Source: Chrysomallon squamiferum | Taxonomy: Eukaryota > Animalia > Mollusca | Length of the DNA: 64,000 bases | Direction of reading: 5' to 3' | NCBI GenBank assembly: GCA_012295275.1 | Contig: CM022671.1 | Location: 12,710,001 to 12,774,000 of the forward strand | Part shown: positions 12,051 through 26,140 of the stretch, piece by piece | How positions within the stretch are numbered: the first letter of the stretch is position 1 | How the letters are laid out: each line of letters begins with the position of its first letter | Translations under genes and position numbers: made by a program | The notes under the pieces: model-generated | Seen by the model: the letters and a program-made list of their open reading frames with translations, nothing else | Databases searched by the model: none | What the model was told of the DNA's origin: nothing

Positions 12051-15000
12051 CAGCAGTATAACATACATGCATCAAGCAGCTGCCAATTCTTTAACAATCA
12101 AGCTGTCCTTCATGAATAATCCACAAACATTACTTCAATTTTTATTATACAAGTTTGAACCAGGAGTCATAAACTCAACTTTCACTTCATATAAAACCAG
12201 GAAGCATAATTGAAATATTAGGTTCATGAAGGACACTTAACAGTCCTGAGGTATGGGCCAAAGAAAAGTACTGGACTATCAATGTAAGAAGGAAACATAA
12301 AATCATGAGGCATTATGAACTTCCAAATCCAAGAGGCATTATTGGATATCATTTTATGAAGTAAGCATACATTCTTGAGGCATTATGGACTTTTAAAACA
12401 AAGACATGTAGCTGAACTATAATCTGATGAAGAACACATGTATATCTTGAGGCGTGGATAACATCAGACAAAAGGTCATACTTACTCTTATTAAACTAAG
12501 AATTATGGTTTGTTACTTGATATTAGTATAAGAAGCATAAATAGAATTGTTATTAAATTAACAATACATACTTCCTTTTTTCAATACAGTATAAAACTAA
12601 ATTTGTCACTTGTAGATATTGATAGATTATATTATAAATTTCTTTTCATTAGTGAAATTATGTTGTAAGAGTAGAAATCTGCAATTTTCTTTTGACATAT
12701 AAACATACATTTTTATCAGTGATTGCTGATCTTTTAAATAATGATAGTGATTTAAAAAAAATTAGTTTTGTTTTTAATGCTACTAGTTTTATACTGAACA
12801 TCATTTTAAATACTTTTTTATACATTTCCAATTTGTCTAACATTTAATATTTTTTAATAATTTTCAGATTATTTTTTTATTTCTAGGTTCTATAGACATG
12901 TATATACTTCAATGTTTTTTTTTTTGTAATTTATTCTAGAATTGTCCAGGTTGTCAAATTTTTCCATTTTACACCATTTTTATATATTACTATTTACAAC
13001 ACTACTATTATTTTTTGTTTTAATGCTTTAAATATTTAATTTCAGCAATAGGCTATTATTTATTCTTACCAGATGTATATACTATGTTGATTTTATATAC
13101 ATTAGATTTTGCTCACTTTAACTGTTGCAAAGCATACTTTCTGTTTATTAATGTAATTTTTATATATTAGGAGACAATTTAATGACATTACAATTACACT
13201 AGGTTAGTTGATACGCTTATCCTCATTACTGTCAGAACTAAAATCATTGAAAAGTATCAGAAGCTAACTGAATTGCTGTTCTTGGGTAATTAGATATCTA
13301 TTTAGTAAAACAATACCCTGATATTAAATGATTAAGCTGCATATTACTAATAATTTGTACATCTTTAAAATTGTATTATAAATGTTAGTAACCAAAAGGT
13401 TTATCTAAATTGTGAAATTTGCTCTTTTACATTGTCTAATGCCCAGGCATCATTAAATTAACTTTTGTTTCATGAAAACAATCAGGGATGTGTTCGAATA
13501 GATGTCACTCTTTTATATAATTTATATAACAGTATCAATATACTTATCTATGTTTGTATTTGAAAAAAATCAACATACATGCCACACTTTTTTTTCTTTT
13601 TTTTTAAAATTGAATCTATGCAATGCTGAAGATAAAATCAAATTAGAAATATGAGGTCACAGTGACAAAGTATCTTTTTTAATATTATCAATGGTATGAA
13701 TTTTTGTGTCAAGGTTATTAGATTTTTCAACTAGAGAGAACTAAACTAACTGAAGATCTGCTTTTTATCACAGATATTATTTATTCAAACTTGAATACTT
13801 TATCATATGGGTGATATTTTGACAAGATAATTCATACAGAATGTATATCTGAAACAAATATGAATTTTCTTACTGCAGTAAAAGTATAAAATATAAAGTA
13901 AATAGCACAGTTGACTTCTCTTAACATTTTCAGTAAACTTAACCATGCTTCAGAGATCACTTATTACTTGATATTTGTGCCTTTTTGGCAAGTGACCAAA
14001 ATATCTTTCCTGTCAACAGATGTTTTTAATTCATTTGCTTAAAATATTTTTATATCAAGATATTTTAAAAGGTTTAGAGTGTACTTTATTGATTAGAAAT
14101 TAATTGTATGAATAGAGTATTGCAATGAAATTTTATATATACTTAAAGCTTGTAGACATGCAATGTATATCTGTGTATCTGTACTACTGACAGCAACATA
14201 TAAACATCTATCCACACCTAAACACACTCCCTGACCAGTTTGAGAGTTCTATGACAACTACAGAATGAAGAAAACTTGAGTGTGGGCATTTCCTTTTGTT
14301 ATAACCTAACAATAGACTTTTTTTTCTTCTTTTTTTTTATACATAGTTTAAAATTTATAATGTATTTTTGTGTATTAAAATCTGTAACAGTTAAGATACT
14401 GTATAACAGTGAATTAATAATTTTATTTCTTACATAATTAACAGCCATGAGCTATACATATAAACATCAATTCATACCCAAACCCTTTATTAGTAACAAC
14501 CTTGATGTCCACAACAGATCTTCATAGAAAAAATGGTTCAAGAATTATAAGCTCCAATAATCACAAAGAACATATTTTGTTATCTGAATAACTGGGGTTA
14601 TATCCTGGTTTCAGTAACACACATGCTATTATTTTATATTAGTACATATCAAAATAAAAAATATATATATTGCAGATTTCAACAACAAAAATTGGAATCT
14701 ACATTGCATAATTTAAAATAAATATATAAAATATATATATATATATATATATATTAATAAAGATGTTATATGTTTTTTAAATAAATAAATATTGATAATG
14801 TTCATCTTTATAGACCACCATACTGTTTTTGTTTATCAAAACATGATACTGCACAAACTGGCTTTAAACATTTGTAAAAAAAAAAAAAAGAAGAAAAAAA
14901 AAAGATTTGAAATATGCTGGATCATTTATTGATGGCATAAAATAGTCTGTGTATTAACAAGCAATCAATACAAATGTACTGACCACAGAGTTCAACAAAC

Positions 15001-18000
15001 AACTTTCCAACAACTTACTATATATCTTCATATTAGTAACAGCTTTGTGGTTGTCAAGGGTAAACTATATATTCAGTACAGTCTGAATTAACCATAACTG
15101 ATAAGACACTGCTTTTTTTGACAGTGTACCATCCTACTTATTTATATTGTAAGTTTTCTTATTAAATAGTTCATATTAAATGTGCCGGAAGATATTTTTA
15201 AGAAAACACAAGGAGGAGGAGGAGTTATTTTAATAATAAAAGAGAGGAGTTTTATAAAAGTAAAGACCTAACAAGAATATATTTTATGTTAGTATGTTTT
15301 CTTTGTCATAATTTCAATTTGTTGTCAAAATAAGTCCATACACAATTTATTACCACCTTTTTAATCCATAATATATTATACAATTGTCAACGTGGTACTG
15401 TATGTTAGCACTTTTATTAGCATTCTAATTTTTGAAAAAATATAATTTCCTTGGGGAAATATTTTTTTGGTAGGATTCAGTCAGTTTTCATGAATTCATA
15501 AAACATAGATTGAGGTTGGTTTATATTTAATGTATTTGGGTACGTTTTGTATAAATATGTATCTATGTGTTTTATATTTTTTATTACACACACACACGTA
15601 CACACACACATATATATATATATGAAACATCTATATGAGTGTACATTGTAATGTGTGTATGTACATCTTGTATATGAAAGAATACCTGTGCAGCATGTAT
15701 TTTAAAATTACAACTAGTATATTTTATTTATTTTTAAATTATTTAAAAGAATAAGAATATGAAAATAAAAATAAAAATGAAAAATTGCAATCATAATTTA
15801 ATTTACTAAATAACAACTATAAATTATTATAGTAGATTTGAATAAAGGATAATTTACATTATATCCAGTTCTATCAAGTGTTTTATCAGGTTCATCAACT
15901 TCAGTGATATCTATTCTATTGTAAGTCTAAAGTTAAGAAATATATCCCATGAAGTGGATATATGTTCCAGTTTTTTATATCATATATCAAAACCTAATAA
16001 TTAATCATCTAATATAGCTAACATTAAACCACTAAAATTTTACACCAGTCATGATTATATAGACCATTTTAAAATAATACTAGATTATACTGCATACAAA
16101 TCATTTTTGTCCTGCTTGAATAAGATAAATCATTACAGTCAAACAACATAATCAATCTAGTCAATTATTTTTTCTCTTTAGTATTACCAGAAAGAGAACA
16201 AAAATTGCTTACTATGAATTATTAATGGAAATACTGACAACTTAGTTAATCAATAATTATACTAACATTAGCTGTGCCTTTGGATTAAAACCAAAAGTGT
16301 CATGATTTAAAAGTGCTGTTGAAATACAGCTGCTGAAAACCAGAATGATATTTTAAAAATAAAAACATAACAACAAAAACAAATAACTAAATAAAAATTT
16401 TGATTCTGTTAGTTTATTAGAAAACCACTATTTCAGTTATTAACAATCATGTCCTCCTAAAAATAAATAACATTTAACAAGCACATTTAATAATAATTTT
16501 ATATAATATTTTTACAAGGAAGCCCCTTGTACAATGAACTTTTATACTCAGTAAAGTAGGCAGCATACAACGACAGCCAAAAAATACATGTAAATAAAAA
16601 TAAATATTTAGAAACCAATAATATCTATACCGGTACATTAACAAATTTAATAAAACAATTATAAGCAGATATGATCTAAATCAGTTAAAAATAAAAACAC
16701 CAGTATGTACATTTGTTTCAATCAACAATGGATTTCTCAAGCATTATTTTTTTTTTTTTTTTTTTTAAAAGGTTTATGAGCTTGAATTACTAATTTTTAA
16801 GACTTGCATGATTTGCTGGGTTTAACCACACACATACACATGTATGTACATGTCTTGTGTGTAGATGTATTGCACAACAGTACTTTATATTTTTTTAAAT
16901 AATAATAAATAATAAATAAAATTTCAAAAAGAATTCTGATACATTTTAGATGGTAAGATAAATTTAAAAAATAATAATAATGATGAAGAGTTAAAACTTT
17001 TATTCTTCAATAATAAACTAAAATTAGTATGTTTTATTGGTTAGTTTGTGCTATTTTATTATTTATAAACTGGCAAAGTAAACAGGTATTTAAAATACAT
17101 TTCAGAAATAATAGATAATCATTTAAAACTTATTTCTATTATTACTTTTAAAAATAGTTTTAACAAATTTAAATTGAGAATTAATTTTGTTTCTTTTGCA
17201 TTCCAAAACTTGTTGATTATAAATATATTATAAATACCTGTGGGTCTATACATAGGATCAGTTTATTGGCTACATATTCACTGTACAATTGAAATCACAA
17301 AAATTATTTTCAAATGTAATAAACAATTTCATGGTAACGTTATGTTAATAGTTATTATTTTGGAGGCAATTTATTTATTTTTATTTTTTTATGCATGCAT
17401 TTTTTTTTTTTTCATCTCTGTGCTTTAATTTATTCCTTTCATTCATTTCTTCCTTCTTTTTTTCTTTAATTATTATTATTGTTATAATTTTTAAAATTAT
17501 TTTTCAAATATTTATATAATTTTTAAATCCTTTTTGCTGCACAAATGATTTGATATCTGAATCCTGTAGCAAAATATTCTGCAACCAATAACCTAAACGA
17601 CAAAACCAAAACTCATATTTTAATTTACCAAACATGATGTAGTTACCAAAAATAATGCTGTAATATCAAACAGTATTATAATAATATCTTAATAAAAATA
17701 GTAAAAATGTTTTATCATTTCAATAATATAGTGATAAAAACAACAAAGCACATCAAGGGAGATAAATACAGATTTAATTATAAAGGGGAGTAATGGAGCA
17801 GTTAAATATTGTGACCAAGTGATTAGCCAGTAAACATACATAATGGCTCAATCGATAATAAATAAAAACAGTACTCAATACATGCCTTTATAAAACATGC
17901 CTTCTCCATTTCATCAGTATTTGCATTAATATGATAAATAAATGGTAGAAAAAGAAGAGTGTCAAGCTGAGATATTTCTAAAAGCAAGATAGTGTGAACT

Positions 18001-18426
18001 TGTTCTGTTCTGATTTACAAAATTAGTCAAAGTCTTGATTAAAATACTTTTTTTAAAACATAACTAATAGATATTTTAATATATCTTAAAATGGGATGCC
18101 CAGAATAGAGATTTGTATCTATTTAGATTTCTAAATTAAATTTTTAAGATTTTGCATACTCTGTATCAAATAAGTAATACATTTTAAACAGTAAATACAT
18201 TTCCTATTGGATATTATTTTACTTATCATGTACTCTGTCTTTACTAACTTTTGCCAGAAATCACTAATGATTTAATTGGTAGCTTTATTTGTGTTCTATA
18301 GATTAAGAATGATTTAATAATTTAATTAATGTGCATGTGTGTGTGTGTGTGAGTAGCTGTTCAAATTACAACAGAAAAATAATTCAGCCCCTAAATCTCT
18401 TTATCTGATAAATAAATGTTTATATA

Positions 18427-18462
<36 letters not shown>

Positions 18463-19013
18463 TTTTTCCTATTACATTTAATAAAATATTTTTGAAAAAA
18501 ATGAGATCTGAAAACAACTAGCCAGTTTGATAAATTAATTTGAAAACAAATATATTGCTATAAAATTTTAATTATGGGGAACTGATATTTGTTTCAGTTT
18601 TACCTGGCAACTGGTACAGCAGACCTATCAGATTTTAACTTTCACTGAGTGAAAAAATAGAGAATTTGTTAATGCATATATATTTTTACATTAATTCATA
18701 AAAGTATTGCAGTGATAAATGTTTTTTTAAATTCTTTTCAAATGCACACACACACACACATACACCCACACACAAACATACACAGGCAATAACTGACTAG
18801 ATCTAAAATTACTTTTTCTACAGCCTTGTTATTCAAATCAATGGCCAAATGTTACATATGCCTCTAACTCTACCTAGTATATTCTAAAATAATATTTATG
18901 TTTTATAACTATAGTCTAATGTAATTATAGGTATCAGCTGATTATCACATTTTCTCTCTTCTCAGTGCTATTTGCAATGTGTATATGTAGGAAGCTGCAG
19001 GTTAAATCCAGTG

Positions 19014-22000
19014 TTACATGATTGCCTTCTCCAGTCGGTTTGCTTGATTTGACGTCTTGGCTGTGTCACGAAGTTGTGAGATGAGATTGTCTTTCTTGAG
19101 ATCAACAGTTATCACCTGAAGTGAACAAAATAAAATTATCACAAGTAGTTTTGTTAAGTACCTGCATGTCAAAATCTGTATCATAAGATACGTCAAAGAG
19201 AACAATGGAAAAAACACTACATGCAGTAACAACAGAAGAAAGATTAATTGCTCCTCATCTCAAAACCTCAGGTACACACCATAAACAGTCTTTATTAGTT
19301 CATTTGAATAGTAGATTTCCAGTGTATCTTGTATCTTGTATTAAATATATTAGTCATTTTTTACAATTAAAGAAAAAAACTTAATAGAGCTTTGGAAGCA
19401 TTTTAGGATATATATAATTCTTGTATAACTTACATGATCTCTGTTAATTTTCAGCCTATTAATAACTATGCAAGAAACTGTATTAACTGAATTACTCAAG
19501 TTTTAACATAACTAGTCTGTCTGTTTGTCTGTATGTACCTGACCACCTCGTGTAATTCCTAAAATACCCTGTGTGTCTGTGTTGAGCGATGAGGCAAAGA
19601 TGATGTCCATGGAGATGCGGGTACAGCAGAGACAGGTGGCAGTTTCCATGTCACACAGATACAGATAGCTGTATTTAGTGACAACAAACAATAACCCGTA
19701 CTGACTAGATACCTGAAATACGTTAATAGAAATGTTTGACCATTTATGCATATAACAGTCTATATTGACTAGATAACGACAGCAGGTTAAATATATTTAT
19801 ACTGTAAGTACTGTAACAAATAATAGTCCAAATTGACCAGATACCTAAAAGAATAACAGAAGATTAATCAAAATATATTTATACTGTAAGTTATGTAAAA
19901 ATTAATAGTCTATACTGACTAGATACCTAAAATAACAGCATCTGTGTGAATCAATATTGTAAGTTTATTGACAAATAATACAATACATTTGGACTAAAGA
20001 ACTAAGTATTAACAACAGTACTAATTAAAAATACATAAACCATGCACACTTAAGAATACATAAATGACACAAATTTCAGAATTCTGATAAAATAAATGTA
20101 AGATTTTCATATTTACTGCATTGTTTAAAAGAATCTTTAAAGAATAATGCACCAGGATGTATTATATAAAGACAGCTTACCTGAAGGGCTATTGGGAAAT
20201 CATATCTATCAAAATCATCCATAAACTGAATGTGATCATAACTACTTCTTGGTGCAAAATTTCCTGGCTTGTATGGACGAAGTTCTATTACATGGACCTA
20301 TCAGGTGAAAAACAAAGTCACAGTACATGAAAAAGTGTTAAAAAATAATTAATTAATAAAGCAAATTTAACAAAAAAAGAAAGGAAAAATGTAATGACAC
20401 ATTCTGCACTATGGCTGTATAACCTATAATTATTTAGGTGTATAGGTATATGTATATATGTGTATGTCTATGTCTATGTGAGTGTATATACTATATATAT
20501 GTATATCTTCATTCATCATCTATTCCAAAACTCTGTTCTTATTTTTCTTTTTTCTGTAACTGACTCCTTTTTTCATTTTATCTCTCTTCCAAGTCTTTCG
20601 TTTTCTCTACATGCACCTCAGCTTTTCTCAACCTCTAAGTTGATCCCTGGCTCTTTTTAGCTCTTTCAAAATCGTTCCTTTTCTGTCTATCCATAACTCA
20701 CCTTTATTTTTTTTTAAATATTTCTGCCTATACCCTGCCTCCTTTTATCTATTTCTAAACTTTTCCTTTTCTTTCTATATCTCACCCCTTTCAAACATCT
20801 GACATGCTCAATCACTTCCAAAAATGTGTTCACCTTGCCATGATTATGTGAGTCTCTAGAACCGACACAGAAGGTTGTGGAAGGAAAAGGATTGTCTACA
20901 AACTTGTAGAGTGCAAAGCAGACAGCATGTGAGTTGATACACTGTGTGATATCTTCATCCACACTGAACAACTGTGTGATCCCTGCTATCCTCTCATCCT
21001 AAAAAGAATTACATAGCTGATGCAAATACATGAACTATTTTTTTATGCTTACTGTTTTAATTTTATAATAACAATAAAACTCCCTTATTTTCATATGTAA
21101 TCTAGAACAAATGTGGCCTCTATCATTTCTGAAATCCTGGTCTCAGGTATTTTGTTTTTCCTTTCTGATTAAAAATTAAAGGTTGTAAAATATCATCATT
21201 ACCTCAGGTACCAGCCCTGTGACAGCTAACCATTTTCTTTCAGGATCCACCTTGTATGATACAATTTCACTGAATGCTAATCTGCTGTGTCTAGAAAACA
21301 TCTTCTCTGGCGTTGAATCTTCTAAAAATAAATATAAAAAAATAAAAATAATAATATAATAAATTAAAAAAATAAAGAACAGTAACAGAAACTATCAACA
21401 GGAAGCCTTTCTGTTTGCACTGTTTATTTTAACCTATGCTTTACTTGTGCTAGAATATATGTATCTCTCTGTCTCCCTTAGTTTAAAATAAAAGCAAAGT
21501 ACAGAGGTATCATCTAAGGATCAACAGCAGTAGCATTCATAAAATATATCATAAACCTTTTTAACAGTAATGAATAAATAAACAGTTTTTGAAGTTAAAA
21601 ATTATGTTGCATCATAAAAAACATATATATATTTTCCTTGATAATGATATTATAGGACAGAAACCCATTATTGTCATTCCACAATTTATTTTTATCATAT
21701 GCATCAAATTTAAGATATCATATATATGAGCTTTTTTAAAAAAAACAACAACAGGAAAGCTGATTAGATAGCCTTTTATTTATTAAGGTTGTTACTCGAA
21801 CAGGATATAATACATATGATAAATGATCCTGTTGACACAGTGCTACTGTTTGTTCTTATTACCTTAGATGAAATCCCTACATCTGGCTCCCATCTTAATA
21901 ACATACACACATGCACATTTAATAAAATATAAAATAAAATAACATATTAAAAATATAAATTAATTAAATAAGGTAAATTACCATAAGTAAAACAACTGAC

Positions 22001-25000
22001 CTTGTTCAACCAACCAGTGATATATGGCCATCTCGGTAACCATACCAATAATATCCGAGTTGACCCATGTCCAGTACACCACATGTTCATGTAGTTTAGT
22101 TTTGTTCATTAGTGTCTTGGTATCCAGATTAAACACTTCAAATCTCATAGCAGCTGCAATAAAAATAAAGATGTTACATTTAGTAGTTGAAGTAGAAACA
22201 CTTTAGTATACTTTATTTAGAGAACTCTTTAAAAAAAAAAAAAACTAACAGAAAGTTCTTCTTTTTTCATTATTTTAAATTATTTGTAAATTATATTTAT
22301 AAAAAATGTATTCCTTAATAAAATTATATTAAGAAATTCATCATGATATGCATATCAAGTTAAAAAGCTTCAAATTAAAAATATCTTAGTTGTAAACCTT
22401 TGAGTGCTATAACTGGTTTAGTTGGGTTCATGAGAATCGAATCAGCACTTGTCTGACCTGCATATTGTATGCTGCCATCTTTGGGGTTTAATACTGTTAC
22501 CTGGAATGTAATATGTTAGAACATCAGAACAGTATCATAGCCAAAAACTCATACTTTATGCAAACATACTTAAATATCACATACACTGCTATGTAAGCGT
22601 GCACGCAGGTGAATATCTATATGTTTATATGTTACCAAAGTTGATAAAGGTAATTCACATGGTAAAATAATTAAATCTTTGAACATTCTTAAATCCCCTT
22701 TTGCTACAAACATAGCTTTCATATCAAATTAACTAAAATGAAAAGATTTAAATGTTGAAAAATATTTAGAAGAGATAAATTAGAAAAATTTCTAATGTTC
22801 ATTCTTAGGGGTTTCAACATTTTTCTTTTAACAAGTTGCCATTTTTTTCAACATCAAGGTACAATCTTAGTAAACACTGTTTAATAATAAAGATGATTTG
22901 CTGAGTGCACTTTTCTCCTGAGAGTGGAGCTCGAATGAATTTACAATATGGACAAAATCTGAATCAAATGGCAAACCACAAAGGATACACAACAGGCTCT
23001 GATATTATTACAAACCAGATTTAAATAATAATTTACGTAATTTAATCAACACCTTATGAAAAGAATTATCACTAACAAGAATATTCAAACAGAATTCAGG
23101 AGGTTCTGGTTGAGGAGAATCGACATAATGAGATGCTTTCTGACTCAGATGTAAACCACCTTTGGCACCATGACTTACTGCATTGTTTGTGTAGTTGCTG
23201 TAATTCCACCCTCTTTAAAGAATGATGTATTTTTGAAAGGAGTATGTTGCTAAAAAATAGTCAAGAGATTTTACAGAAGCTTTTTATCAAGGTTTTCACC
23301 CACTTTTGGGAAGTAAATACATTTATACAGGTCATCCAAATGAAGCTAATATACTAAACTTCTATTTCATTGAGTTTGTTTGTAAGAAGAATGCTTATAG
23401 TGTTAATACTTTATGCATAAAATGTAGTGTATAAGCAATGTTTGCGATACATGATCTTAGATCCATAACAAGATGTCAGCTATCCACTGCACTTCTGAAT
23501 AAGATTAAACACTTTTTTTTCACAATATGAGATATATATAATCAGAAAGATAAGGCTTCAGATTTTCCAGTAATGCAAGTTTTGTAGAGATAGAACCTTA
23601 AACTGAGAACAAATAATGCATTCAAGTCAGTAAATAGGTCAAAACAGTATGGAAGACTATAATATAAGTGCTTTGGAATATCTAATGAAAAGGAAAAATA
23701 TTATATGAGGTGATTTTGCCATTTAACAATATACAATTATATATGGAACTTTTCTTCAGGCCAAAGCACACAAGCATATGACATATTATAAGTCATGTAA
23801 CCCAGGCAGGCTACATAGATTCAGTTTATCAATACTTCAATACTATTTAATTGGTCAACATGACATGAAACAAGCTACTTACAGTGGCCTTATTACTTGG
23901 ATCATTTCTGTTACTATGTCGCACTGAAATCCATCGATCTGAGGTCATAGAAACTCTTGACCATGTCACCTGATCCAGCGGAATTCCAATATCAGTCAAC
24001 TAAAAGAAAAATTATTTACAGTTTAAAATAAATTAATTTCATATTGTAGCAATCACATCAAAAATTAAGTGCACATAAATAAAGATAAAATATGACTAAA
24101 ATGATATTAATGTTCTGTGAGTATGTGTGTTTGTCTGTACACACACACACGCACACAGACACACACACATACACATAAATATTAAATTTAAAAAAAGGAA
24201 CAAAAACTTAAATGGATGGATGAATTGTTATTAGAAAGTGTGTCTGAGGGTTTGTGTTTGTATATATGTGCATGTGTCTGTATGTGTGTAGGTAAAAGTT
24301 AGATATCTATATTCCCATATACATCAACCACTATTTAACACCTAATAACTGTCACTAGTATTTTCTTTAATGTTGTATTTGCAAATTCTCTGATTTGTTT
24401 CTTATTAATGCCTGTTACACTGTATTATAAATCTGAAGGAAAAAAAATCGTATTAATGATGTAATTTTATGTATATATAATATGAAATAAGATGAATTCT
24501 CTAAAATTAAATGACACAAAGAATTACAAAGTTTAAAAACTGTTTGTGTGAACTATGAAGATTATTTTCTGTATGGTATGATTGTGCCTCTCATGATAAT
24601 GTTATTCAGTGCACATTATAGTTTTTAATGCATCAATACTTTTGAAAACAATTATGAATTTATACATTATACATAATTTAGAATTTGCATTCATTTTTAA
24701 ATTATGCAAGCTCTTAGCTTCCAAAAACAATAGATCTAGGAAAAGGCAAAAGGAGAGAAAGAGAAAGTCAGGAGGAGCCTAAAAGCCACAAATATCATTT
24801 GGCCTTCAACTGTAAGCTATGCCAGGTCTTCAGCACTGTATTTAAAAAAAAAAAAGTTTCCATAACTTTTTTTCTTTTCAGTTATGCTTGATATTGATAA
24901 TATGTAAGAAATATGTACTTTCACAACAGATGTAAATTAGAACTGCATACAAAATAGGTATGAGTATCAAAAAAATATATATATTGTGATTATTATGTAC

Positions 25001-26091
25001 TTTTACATGTTCATTATCTCCCAAACACAAACACACAGATATAAATATTTATAAGTACAAATTGGCAACAACACTGTTAACTTTTTTCATTATGCATTCA
25101 AAGTCTTTTATGGTGGAATACAGTGGATATACTAAAAAACATAAACACTAGTAATAAATAACATTCTGATACAAGTGTCAGTGCTATCTTTTATTACAGC
25201 CTTTTAACTGATTGTAAAACTATAAATACATGTAACAAACAGAACTGTGACAAATTGAAGAATGATTACTTTCATGCCATTGAATATGGATTGAATTCAA
25301 CAAACTGTCACTTTCAACTAGTCAGTGAAAGTAAAAATACATTATTTTCAATTGGTAACTTATGCTATTCAAGTTGCTTAAGAAAAGCCACAAGATTTGA
25401 CCATTGGTAATAAAAACATATATGTGAATGTGTGTGTGCGTGCATGGAACAGGTTGTCAATGTAAACAAAATTAAATTTTGTTTGCTTCTACACACTTTG
25501 GCTGGATTTTCTAGCCTATAAGACAACATCCATTCAAGATGTAAGTTATTTAACATTATTATTTTATATAATATGAATATATCAAACAATTTCAAAGATA
25601 ACAACTGTACATTACTATTTTACAAAGAATGCTTTTGTTTTTCTTTAATAAAGAATGAAAAATATAAATATGTGCTTTTTTATCAAGAAATATGCTGTGT
25701 TTTCTTAATGTTTCTTATCACTTGTTTCAACATGTAGAGCAGGTTAATATTCTTCTTTTTTTAATCTGTCTGCTAAGATCTTTAATTTTAAATGCACTGT
25801 ACATTAATAGTCATTTTCAATTCCATTTTTTTTTTTTTTTTTTAGTTTAATTAGATCTTGGTCAATGTTAACAAGCATAATGGAAGGTAAGCTAATTTAT
25901 ATACAGCAATGAAATATAAAAATACATAAGGTTTCTTATATATATATAAACACTTAAATATTAATACACATTATAAAGTTTTTAGAAAGAAAGAATATTA
26001 ATAAACCTCATTTTAATTTAAACGTTATTAAAAACAATTTAATTAAAATTTATTATTACTAATATTATTGTTGTTGTTTTTGTTGTTGTTG

Positions 26092-26140
<49 letters not shown>

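Noticed and set aside
12300-12460. Three to four copies of GAGGCATTATGGA-like motifs with variable spacing, superficially CRISPR-like
   Set aside because: Degenerate, irregular minisatellite in eukaryotic DNA; no constant repeat or spacer length and no cas genes.
12500-19000. Searched for further clathrin exons, RNA genes or transposon ORFs
   Set aside because: Only AT-rich non-coding sequence and short microsatellites were visible; no tRNA or rRNA was recognised anywhere in the window.
22790-23250. Coding-looking stretch on the minus strand in clathrin-like intron 2, with an AG..GT-bounded 71-nt candidate exon (23249-23179)
   Set aside because: Inclusion would break the frame, the flanking exons join perfectly without it, its frames contain stops, and no homology is recognisable.
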